Below are positions 54,901 through 63,832 of a stretch of DNA of 64,000 bases, in pieces. The notes under the pieces are model-generated. The model did not search any database. It was not told where the DNA came from and was given only the letters and a program-made list of their open reading frames with translations. The stretch lies in the IMG/VR virus record IMGVR_UViG_3300038312_000193, one strand, 5' to 3'. The stretch comes from a virus. The position numbers and the translations under genes were made by a program. Every line of letters starts with the position of its first letter. Position 1 is the first letter of the stretch.

Positions 54901-57900
54901 ATAAACCCTGCTATTCATATTGTCAATATGATTTTGCTACTATCTTTATATTTTTTATTTAATTCTCTGAAAAATAAATGCCATTATTCAGGCATTCACA
55001 AAACGGCAAATAGTCATAAAATCAATCTTTTGTAATGTTCGGGAATTGTTCTGTTATGCTGATTTATTACTTATATATTGATAATATTTATCTGGTAATT
55101 TTACCATTAATAATAACCTGTTTGTTATTTGTCTATGCTTTTTGCAATGTCTCCATTGTTCTATATGTGCTAATTCGTGACAGATTACTTCTTCTAATGT
55201 TTGACCGTTTAATTCCCATGTGCTGGTAATACTATCTAAAATAAAGTATGTATAGCATTCATGGACAAAAAATTCATCAATTGTTATATGGTAAATATCA
55301 AATTGGTTTCTCCAACATATTCCTAATGATTCTTTTGATTTGCCTTTTAAAGTGCTATGATCCATAATTGTTATATTAATATCCATAGTGCATTCGATTT
55401 GAGTTAATGTTTTTTGTACTGTTTGATCAAAATATTCTTGCTCTGTTATCATGCTTTTATACCTCCTTTCTTTATAATATCATATTCCTGCTATACTGTT
55501 ATGCTGTTTTACTTAATAATTTCCGTAGTTCTTGTTCTGTTATTTGATGTTGCACAAATAAGGTTATTAATTTAGTTTTCGTCAATGTAGCATTACCTCC
55601 TTCCTGCTGTTATTGTATTTAATTCCTTTTTAGAGTGCTAAACTGTTATTGTTATTTATATTATGTATATGTTTAGCACTCAGGAAAAGAATTAAATTAT
55701 ATTGCTAATCTTTGTTTAATCTCCTGCTCTTTTTCAAATCCTGTTATGTCAATTTCTCCTGATTTAATACTGTTTTTTAAATCTCTGATAGCACACGGAC
55801 AAAAACCTTTTTTATTAAATGTTTCATTTTTTACTTCTTGCCAGAATTTTTTATCTTCCATTCTTTTCTTTTCCTTAATTGTTTTGATTCTATTATTAAA
55901 TTGATTTAAAGTATTTTCTAGTGCTGAGTCAGCCTTTTCTATTCCGTATTCTTCTAATACTTTATTGTATCGGTTTATTACCTCTTCTTTTGTGATTCCT
56001 GTTAGTTCGGCTGTTATTGCTGTTTTAACTATTTGATCAACCAATTTGTTAAATTGTTTTTCTAACATCTTTTATTATTCCTCCTTTTATTATGCTATTT
56101 CACTTTTATATTGTATTCTGTTTATTAGATCATTACATAGTTCTGTTATAGCATTGGCCTGTTTTTCACTCTCCGCATTAAAAGGTATTTCGTCTTTTAT
56201 TAATTCTAAACTGTTAATGTTATACTCAAAAATGTATTCTGGCATACAGTAGGATATTGTCTCAGCTAACATATTAAATCTTCCCAGGATAACAGGGTAT
56301 TCTTGCCAATCAATATTATTTTCAATTTGTATTATATCCTTTGTAGAGATTAAACCAGATAGCATATTTTTTGCTACTCTGACCATTTCTTTTTCTACTA
56401 TATTGTTTTTATATGCCTGATAATAATATGAGTAATTACTAAGTAATTGATCTTTTTCTTTTTTGTTCATCCTGTTATACCTCCAATCTATTTATTGATC
56501 CAATCGGTTATTTGGTGTTATTGTTATACTAATTCTAAAAAATCAATTTTAATATTTCGAGTAACACCATTTACTTTTACTTTAGCAATATTACCAGATT
56601 CTTTTGTATTTATTGCCATTACTTTTCCTTTTTCAATTGGTACTAATTTGATTACAGGATCAAACTTTTTAACTCTGTTATTATATTTTTCATTAGTCTT
56701 TACGGTATCACCTATTTTAATATTCATTTCGTTACCTCCTTCTGTTATTTGTTTTTAAATTGCATGTAGTCATTAATATCTAGCAAGCTGTAAACATAAC
56801 CTAATAAACTGTTATGCTTATATATTGCGTATGTTTTTTCGTTTTGATCGTATATTAAGGTTATGTTATGCTTATTTTCGTAGTGTTTAATTGCTTGGTG
56901 TTTACTCATTTTTATTAACCTCCTTCTGTTATTCTGTTATTAATTTTATCATATCAGTAATATGATAGCAAGATAAATTTATTTTGTTGTTATAGTGTTA
57001 TGCTGTTAATAAATCGTTATATCTTACTACTCCTTTTATATAGCTCCCGATATCTCTAATTTTAGCAGGTAAATAATATGGCAATTCTTTTTGTTGCAAT
57101 GTTTTATTGAGGTTATACCATTTTATAAAATAGTTATGTTGATATTCGGTGAATGATTTTATTAGTTTTTGTATTTCTTCAATTGTGAGTGATCCTTCAT
57201 ATTTTCCGTATATGCTGTTATTGTTTATTAATTTGTCAAGTGATACATATAATTCGTTAATTTTATAACAATAGTCTTTTATTTGTTCTTCAAGTAAAAA
57301 CATATACTGGTTATAGTCTGATTCTGTTATTTCTATCATATTGTTATCACCTCTTTTCTGTTATAGTTTATTATAATCCTTTATAAATAGCACTACAATT
57401 TATTTTATTACTGTAATGCTATCTAAAAAAATTATAATTCCGTATGTAGTAATAACCTAGCAGGATCAAGACGGTTAAATATATCCTGCACATTAACCAT
57501 GTTGTCGCTGTTATAAAATTTTTCAGATTGTAAATACTGGTATAGTTCTGTTATTAGTTCGGCTGATTCTGTTATACGGTTTTTTAGTTCCTGGTTATCT
57601 TCCTGTAATTGTTTAATATAATTCATCGTGTTACCTCCTGTTATTTTAGTTTTCTATAAACTCTACTAAATGTAAGCCTTGATGCCAATTATATTTTGAT
57701 ATCTGACCACTAAAAATATTATAATCAGCATCGACAAACAAGGTAATACCATTTACATCTTTTTTTATTTCTTCCCGATATGGCTTGATATATGTTTTGC
57801 CTAATAGATGATGTGTATCACCTGTTATGTCGTAAACATCCGCAAATAAACCATTATCAGTTAATACGCTTGCTTTAATATCAGTAATATTAATCATTCT

Positions 57901-60258
57901 GTTACCTCCTATTTATGTAATATAATTTTATTTTGTTGTTCCCAACCTTTTAACCAGTTATTTGTTATTTGTTCTTTTAATTCGGGAAATGTACTCCATA
58001 ACCATTGACAACATGTGTCAAGTGCTGGTTGCCGATATCCTGCCTTACACCTGTAATTTTTACCACAAATAAAAGCAATATTTTCTGCTTGATTTTTAGT
58101 GGTTTTTAAAAGTGATTGATAATTCATTATATTACCTCCTATTATAATTTTACTGCTATAGTTCCATTACGAACCCAACAATCCGAATTGCCTATAACTG
58201 TTACTATTGTTATAGTTCTGTATGTTATATTGCAGACTACGCTAAAATTATTTTGTTTGTCCATGATGAAAATATCACGGTTAGAACCACTGTAATCTGT
58301 TATGGTTTTTTGGCCTAATGATAGGATTGATCCTGTTACCTGATACAAGTCAATTTGTCTTTCTTGTAGTCGCTGTTCTGCGTGATTTGTTAAGCGAATA
58401 GAGTAGGTTTTGTTTTGGATTGTAAATGACAATATCATTATTCCTGGTTTCCTCCTTCTGCTACTGTTATGGGAATTATAGGATTTTTGGGTAATGGTAC
58501 TATTATTATACATTGTTTCACCTCCTTGTATGTTAATAAATCCTTTATTGAGTGCTATATATTTTAATTATATTACTGTTATACTGTTATGCTTTTATTA
58601 GCACTCTAAAAAGATTTAATTATATTGTTATTGTGTATTATGCCTCTACTAATTCAAAATGATGTCCACTATATCCTTTATCTAAAATACTAACAGAATA
58701 TAATTTGCCAGTTTTACATGGTGGCAGGTTATAATTTGGATATTGTACATGATCATGTGGTGGAAAATAAGCAAAATTGTCTTTTGTGGCCTTCAACATT
58801 ATTTTTTTACCGTTGTTGTTCTCATGTTGGTATACTACCTTGGAATTTTCAACGTGTGCAGTTTCAAATACTTCATGAGGTTTGTTATTCATGCCTAGAT
58901 AAATTATTTTTTTCATTATTTGATCCTCCTATACTTCTATTATTTTACTTCTCTGTTATAGTTTTTAGAGGTTATGTTAATACCCTCTATAGAGCCATCA
59001 TTTTATATTACCATTTTATGATGACTCTAACAAGGTACTAATTATGCTATTGCTTGTCTTTGTTCTCTTTCATCTCTGTTAACCATTTCGCTACCATATA
59101 AATTGCGAATTTCTTCTATAGTTAATTCTTTTTTGGATTTTTTGCGGAAAGTTCCAGGTTTCCAGTACCAAGCTAATTTTTTGCCTGAGAAGGTGAAACC
59201 TAACTCTTTTAATATGTCTTTATGTTGTTTGGTTTCGCCTGTTATCCAAAGCCATGTGCCACAAAGTTCTATTGTTATTCCTTCAAGGTTTATTATTTTG
59301 TCTATGATTTCTCTGTATCCATCAAAAGGATCGAAATTTTGTGTATACTCTTTTTTGGTTTCATGGTTGTAACCTGTAAAAGTTTTGTTCTTGAATGCTT
59401 CATACTGTAGGTTAATCTGCTTCATTGTTTCGGTGGTATCATTGTCATGGTTATGGTCTGGATGAAATTTTTGTGCAAGTTCTCTGTAACGTTTTTTAAT
59501 TTCCTCTATTGAGTTACAATCGGAAAAATAGTTTAACATTTTTATCAATCCTTCCTTATGTTTATTTTATTGGTTTAATATCCTCTATAGAATACATTAA
59601 CTGTTATATGCTAATGTATTCTAACAAGATACTAAATAAAATATAGTTCGTTATTAACTTCCAAACTAATTGCATCCTGGTTTGATATTTCTTTTAATTC
59701 TTCTCCTATTTCTATAGCTGCTTCGATGCTATTTTCTAGGTTATTACTATAACTGAAAACTACTACTATTTTTTCCTTTATCAATTCTCCTGCTACACTT
59801 TTCCAATAGCCTAACGCCTGTGTTGATGTTGCTCCTCCGTTAACTTCACTAAATTTACTAGCTGTTAAGTCTACCATTTTTTGAATTAAATCAGTTGGTA
59901 GTTCCTGGTTGTTTTTGTCTCTGGTTGGTACATATAAACTTACTTTGTGAGATAGTTTAAAAAGGTTTTTTAAGGTTTTTTTGTTTTCGTTATTCATTTT
60001 GTTATAATCTCCTTTTTGTTTTTTATTTAAGGGAATAACCCTTATTTTTTGAATCAAATTTCGGTTTGGTGTTGAGTGGTTTTATAATCCTGCTAATTTT
60101 AATCTGGTAAACTCTTTTGCTGCCTCGGTATAAGATGTATACTTTTTGTCGTTGAATTTGTTACGGACAATGTATTCACCTGCTTCATTAATTCCTAATT
60201 GTAAGATACCTTTAAAATTAAGTTCACGATTTTTTAATACTTCAATTTTCTCTCTCAT
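48913..60258 (-). CDS. Putative early / host-takeover operon region: about 30 short, mostly hypothetical genes
   Basis: Dense co-oriented short ORFs with strong GGAGG RBSs, several strong promoters and intergenic hairpins. Confidence 0.55.
52656..53693 (-). CDS. DUF262 (GmrS/ParB-like) domain protein
   Basis: VQR..QW...SLLIHSIL, IIDGLQRLT, IFYRLNNG. Confidence 0.85.
   Translation of the reverse strand: MFGMQRKSLSWSVKQVSTMINKGTIVFDNPVQRPAGQWKNEDKSLLIHSILEMFVPDIYAIQEKQESGNTYSIIDGLQRLTIIHSFINDEWQLTELPQIKLESTGEKFNISGKKFSELPEEVQDEIKSFMLAFKLIELDDNDDEESIVNDIFYRLNNGKVVSKEHLALVSAKKNVREFVKRMITEHKLFTDVAHFTPGAIKKSDKQMTILQSIILVSGLDFCTFAAKDVEKFFVTNTITDEVLNRTEELFTVIADSFNNKYNKFCTKINITSMVGFLNTQKSKHESTNFITWYSKNSKPGDAYKNNCGAGSTKKERVNGRLNGLQELFEEWQGKQEQVQGEQEIA
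55054..55452 (-). CDS. SprT-like zinc metallopeptidase
   Basis: LGICW...LEEVICHELAH...HCKKH. Confidence 0.7.
   Translation of the reverse strand: MITEQEYFDQTVQKTLTQIECTMDINITIMDHSTLKGKSKESLGICWRNQFDIYHITIDEFFVHECYTYFILDSITSTWELNGQTLEEVICHELAHIEQWRHCKKHRQITNRLLLMVKLPDKYYQYISNKSA
58142..58513 (-). CDS. DUF4258-like small protein
   Basis: LTNHAEQRLQERQI...ITIVTVI. Confidence 0.5.
   Translation of the reverse strand: MYNNSTITQKSYNSHNSSRRRKPGIMILSFTIQNKTYSIRLTNHAEQRLQERQIDLYQVTGSILSLGQKTITDYSGSNRDIFIMDKQNNFSVVCNITYRTITIVTVIGNSDCWVRNGTIAVKL
59042..59548 (-). CDS. J-domain (DnaJ-like) protein
   Basis: EEIKKRYRELAQKFHPDH...MKQINLQYE. Confidence 0.85.
   Translation of the reverse strand: MIKMLNYFSDCNSIEEIKKRYRELAQKFHPDHNHDNDTTETMKQINLQYEAFKNKTFTGYNHETKKEYTQNFDPFDGYREIIDKIINLEGITIELCGTWLWITGETKQHKDILKELGFTFSGKKLAWYWKPGTFRKKSKKELTIEEIRNLYGSEMVNRDEREQRQAIA
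59632..59997 (-). CDS. DUF3574-like small protein
   Basis: GGAT...GYWKS...KEKIVVV...NQDAISLEVN. Start moved to MNNENK after AAGGAG. Confidence 0.5.
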   Translation of the reverse strand: MNNENKKTLKNLFKLSHKVSLYVPTRDKNNQELPTDLIQKMVDLTASKFSEVNGGATSTQALGYWKSVAGELIKEKIVVVFSYSNNLENSIEAAIEIGEELKEISNQDAISLEVNNELYFI

Positions 60259-60299
60259 TTTATCACCTCTTTCCTTTTAATGAATTCTATATATATTAT

Positions 60300-60324
60300 A
60301 TTCTACATCGCTTTTAAATATCCT
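60300..60324 (-). promoter_or_regulatory. Sigma-H-like promoter (AGGA-N17-GAAT) heading the early operon
   Basis: Minus strand reads AGGA-tatttaaaagcgatgta-GAAT upstream of the first short gene (ATG 60258). Confidence 0.45.
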
Positions 60325-61232
60325 TCTTTTTTATAAATTTATTTTATATTTTTAATGTGCTAGAAATGCCTATATTACGGGATTTGTAGGGTATGCATAA
60401 ATATTCATAAAAATAATTTTTTATACATTTATATGGTTTAAATGCCTATATAATGGGGTTTGTGAAATATTAGTACGTTGATGTAAGGTATACATTAAAT
60501 CATGTATATTATACAGGTTTATGAATAGATATGCATTGATTGAAGTAGGTTTATGCTCTTTTATACCCTATGAGGGTATGTAGAAATGGCTTAATATTGG
60601 GGGTTTGTGAGGTATGGAAAAATGAGGTTGTGTAGTGCGTTTTAAGGTATGTATATTTATTTTATTGATATAATAGTCGTGAGAGTGGGAATGTTGGGTG
60701 TAGGTGGTATAATGTAGGTATGGTGGGATTTTTGGGGATTTTGGTTTGTACAAGGTTTATGCATCGATAATGTATATTTATATTGTGGGTTTGGTTGTGG
60801 CCTGGATTGATTTATCTAATATCTTACTAACTAATCATTATAATAATATTGTATCGTCTTATATTTATTATATAATAAGTTATTATATTTTTATGTTGCT
60901 ATCTTATTATCTTATTATATTACTAACATATTATATTATTATTATGTGATATTATTATGTTGATATACTAACATCATATTAAGTTTATATAATTGTATCA
61001 ACATATCATATTATAATATTACCATATTATATTCGCATATTAATATTTTATTATTTTAACAATTTAATATCATATTATTATAATAACTTAATATCTTAAT
61101 ATTATAATAACATAACTTTTTATTATCTTATAATTATAATATGATGTTGGTTTAATATGGTACTAATATTATAATATAGTGGTATAGTTAGGTTATATGT
61201 TAGTTAGATTGTAGGATATTAAAATAATAGGC

Positions 61233-61260
61233 AAAAAAAATAAACCCCATGCGGGGTTTA
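61233..61260 (-). terminator. Intrinsic terminator
   Basis: TAAACCCC-GCAT-GGGGTTTA followed by T8. Confidence 0.8.
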
Positions 61261-61482
61261 TCTAATCATATCCGGTCTTTGCTGCATTGCCTTGTAAACT
61301 CTGCTGTAACCGTAATGATTTGTGATTTGGCCTATTATCGTATCTTTATTGGACTGACGATTAATTGATATGTGAGCTTCTTTTGCTAATTGTAGTAGTT
61401 CGGATTTTTTGCACTTGCTTAATATTTCGGTGCTTGCCTCCCTGGTCATTGATTTTAGCTGATTGATTAATTCTGCCATCAA
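61258..61482 (-). CDS. Small helical protein (Rho-N/HeH-like)
   Basis: LSKCKKSELLQLAKEAHI.....KDTIIGQI. Confidence 0.45.
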   Translation of the reverse strand: MMAELINQLKSMTREASTEILSKCKKSELLQLAKEAHISINRQSNKDTIIGQITNHYGYSRVYKAMQQRPDMIR

Positions 61483-61749
61483 TATACACTCTCCTTTTAT
61501 ATTATTATTTTGTTTTTAAAGATCATTGATTGTGGGTTTATGTCTATCTCTATTATTATTTTATCAAAGTATTGTAATGTTGTCAATATGATAATTGATA
61601 TTTTTTGAGATTTTTTAAGATTAATTTTAGTGAAAAGTTGTCACTTTATAACCTATAATATAAGCATTTTTAAAAATTGACTATTTAGACGGTATATTAT
61701 ATAGTATCTCTATATGTCCTTCTAATTAGTCAATTTTTATATTTCTATT

Positions 61750-62844
61750 CTATTTTAATCTCAATAATAATTCTGCCAGTTCAAATTGAGCATTAAGATA
61801 TTTATCCTCAGTTAATCTGAAGAATTTATTTATTGCTATGCTATTTGGTAAACCTATTATATCATCCATATACTTTTCTATTTGTTGATCATATTCTTTT
61901 TGGCTCTTTTCTAAATTATATTTTGCTTGCTCATTTACTGCATTTATTACTTTATCATTTAACATTATTCGTTGCATATTTAATTCGGCCTGTTGCAACG
62001 CTTGTATTATATGATCCTTGACAAATATTATTTTAATATCAGTATATATATAATTTATATTATAGTTCTCTTTTAATAACTCATTTACTCTATTGTAAAA
62101 TTCTTTATGCTTGAATTTTAAATACACTAAAGTAATGCTATCTAGGTTCATTTCATTAAGTACTATTTTCTTTATTGCTAATATGTTTTTCTTTTCTTCA
62201 TCGGTAGCAGGTCTTATATTATTATGTAATATTTCGTTTATATCTGGCTCAATAATATTAATCATAGTTAATTCTTCATAATCAATTAGACATCTATTTT
62301 TTAGATTACGCAATGTATCAAATAATATCTTCCTTAACTTTTGATAGGTTCGCTGATAAAAATGGTTTATTTGATAGTTTGTAATGATGTCATTTTGTTT
62401 CTTTAGTTCCTCTTTATTTTCTTGTATGTAGTTTGAATTGATCATACCCATTAATAAAAATAGTTTCTTTAGAGTTAGTGTGGTAGTATATCCTTGTTGC
62501 TTAGATAGATAGTTGAGTAATATTAATTCAATATGTTGTATATATTTACTTGTGTTGCCTAATGATCTTTTATCTTCTTTTGGTAATGGTTGGTTGTATA
62601 TCTCAGTAATTATGTATTTTTGTCCTACTTTTTCATAATCAAAGTATCTTTGCCATTCTTTATGTTGTGATTTTTTACTGTCTCCTGCTTTTATTTCTTG
62701 TGATAGTAAAGCGCATAAGGTTTTATAATTTTTGATTGTATCGCCAGGATGTAAAGTTTTTTGGATTTGATTGTATAATTTTGTATCTGGCATAATGGTA
62801 TTAGTTCCTCCTTTTATATGGTATATAATTTGTGGCGTATGCAT
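61750..62844 (-). CDS. Hypothetical DNA-binding protein (likely start MPDTK at 62793)
   Basis: Long ORF, possible winged-helix segments (LFDTLRNLKNRCLIDY). Confidence 0.55.
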   Translation of the reverse strand: MHTPQIIYHIKGGTNTIMPDTKLYNQIQKTLHPGDTIKNYKTLCALLSQEIKAGDSKKSQHKEWQRYFDYEKVGQKYIITEIYNQPLPKEDKRSLGNTSKYIQHIELILLNYLSKQQGYTTTLTLKKLFLLMGMINSNYIQENKEELKKQNDIITNYQINHFYQRTYQKLRKILFDTLRNLKNRCLIDYEELTMINIIEPDINEILHNNIRPATDEEKKNILAIKKIVLNEMNLDSITLVYLKFKHKEFYNRVNELLKENYNINYIYTDIKIIFVKDHIIQALQQAELNMQRIMLNDKVINAVNEQAKYNLEKSQKEYDQQIEKYMDDIIGLPNSIAINKFFRLTEDKYLNAQFELAELLLRLK

Positions 62845-63292
62845 AGCATAGGTAATTATATTATAGCATAGTTGGTTGTGATTTGCAATTTGTTTATATT
62901 ATAGATATAATGGGATTTATAACTGTATTAGTTGAAGTAGTACAGTTAATACAATATTACTTCGATGGCAAATTTCCTGTTATCAAATCCGAATATTTAG
63001 AAGTTTATCTAAATATCTAAATATTATTCGTTTGGGCGTATTCTGGCAGGTTGTGGCCTGATACTATGAGTAGATACCAGGATTAATCAGGATCAATTCT
63101 ATATCATTAGTTTGTGCAGCTTAACCCGTATTTATTCCCTTCATTCCTGCCATAATGCAGGATAACACATATTATCTAGTATTAATTAATAGCTTGTAAA
63201 TGGCTATATATCGGTATTTGTAGCTATATTCAAACATTTATTACATTACCAATATATTATTATCCAGGCTAGACGGGGGTACTTTACAAAAA

Positions 63293-63319
63293 GAACAACC
63301 GTTTGTAGAACAGATGTTT
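63293..63319. promoter_or_regulatory. Tandem LexA-like boxes GAAC-N4-GTTT
   Basis: GAACaaccGTTT at 63293 and GAACagatGTTT at 63308. Confidence 0.45.
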
Positions 63320-63765
63320 GCCTATCTCTTCTATCAACAGACTATGAAAATTTTTCATACCGACAATCTTAATTCTTTCAACAAATACCCATCGTTCTAA
63401 TTTCGTTTAATACCCCAACCTACAAAACATCCTATAACTCCCAACCATCTTAAAATCAACCTTATCAACTCCTAAACCATCTATATAATCAAAATTCAAA
63501 CCCACTCAAACGCCCAATGAATCAACATTTACAACTATTCCTTTACTCAACTACTACTATATATAATAACAATTTCACCGAATCAACTTTTAACCTATCT
63601 AACCAATCTAAAAACAACATTCTATTAACAACCAAAATTCCTTTAAAATCCTACTATTTAACTAACTCTAACATATAATTAACGCCCACTCTGGATTAAT
63701 TCACCGACAACCAACTATCAAAATAATCATATCTAAAAAAATTTCACATTTATTTTATAATTTTC

Positions 63766-63794
63766 TTGACACTTCTAATATTATCTTGTATTAT
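63766..63794 (+). promoter_or_regulatory. Sigma-A promoter of the recombinase gene
   Basis: TTGACA-N17-TATTAT with TG directly before the -10. Confidence 0.7.
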
Positions 63795-63832
63795 TATATT
63801 AATAATTTAACTAAAACAAAGGAGATAACAAA

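Larger units (their letters stand above)
51387..59607 (+). repeat. About 38 co-oriented CTGTTAT heptamers (ATAACAG on the coding strand)
   Basis: Counted by eye. Thirty fall in 55051-59607. Only one reverse-oriented copy was seen (56289). Confidence 0.85.
54024..59631 (-). repeat. Family of long intergenic hairpins with an internal loop (candidate RNase III sites)
   Basis: 54024-54078, 55620-55693, 57375-57433, 58538-58617, 58981-59037 and 59579-59631. Each starts just after a stop codon. Confidence 0.7.
16248..60070. repeat. About 40 dispersed 18-bp palindromes, (ACCAAA/ATAAAA/ATCAAA)-N6-(TTTGGT/TTTTAT/TTTGAT), at gene boundaries
   Basis: Examples: 16860 accaaa-gacgca-tttgga, 17912 atcaaa-caaaaa-tttggt, 25516 ataaaa-gagaaa-tttggt, 27095 ataaaa-gctgga-tttggt, 40544 ataaaa-ctcgca-ttttat, 49619 atcaaa-taccta-tttggt, 60053 atcaaa-tttcgg-tttggt. 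Confidence 0.85.
16204..61586 (-). promoter_or_regulatory. About 13 sigma-A-type promoters (TTGACA-N16-18-TATAAT/TAAAAT, A-rich UP element)
   Basis: -35 hexamers (tgtcaa on +) at 16227, 23495, 30592, 36427, 40287, 43418, 45495, 47957, 49256, 52578, 53747, 54921 and 61581, most with a correctly spaced -10. Confidence 0.75.
17948..63219. repeat. 11 copies of a 22-bp imperfect palindrome AAATGCC-N8-GGSATTY
   Basis: Copies start at 17948, 19413, 20255, 23551, 41052, 46635, 54976, 60364, 60440, 60584 and 63198. All are intergenic. Confidence 0.8.

Noticed and set aside
55633-55681. CIRCE/HrcA operator (TTAGCACTC and GAGTGCTAA half-sites, also near 58550-58606)
   Set aside because: Half-sites are in the reverse order with about 30-40 nt spacing rather than 9. 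They are better explained as hairpin arms.
16248-60070. 18-bp or 22-bp repeats as a CRISPR array
   Set aside because: Repeats are degenerate and separated by whole genes, not by constant-length spacers. No cas genes.
60568-60753. 61-aa His/Pro-rich ORF
   Set aside because: A by-product of the C/A-skewed non-coding tract. No RBS.
1535-62021. Short plus-strand ORFs in the track (e.g. 1535-1738, 3870-4145, 19872-20162, 56447-56758, 60746-60949) and nested minus ORFs 12218-12418, 32663-32878 and 53249-53533
   Set aside because: They are antisense or out-of-frame shadows of real genes or low-complexity DNA, with no RBS or motifs.
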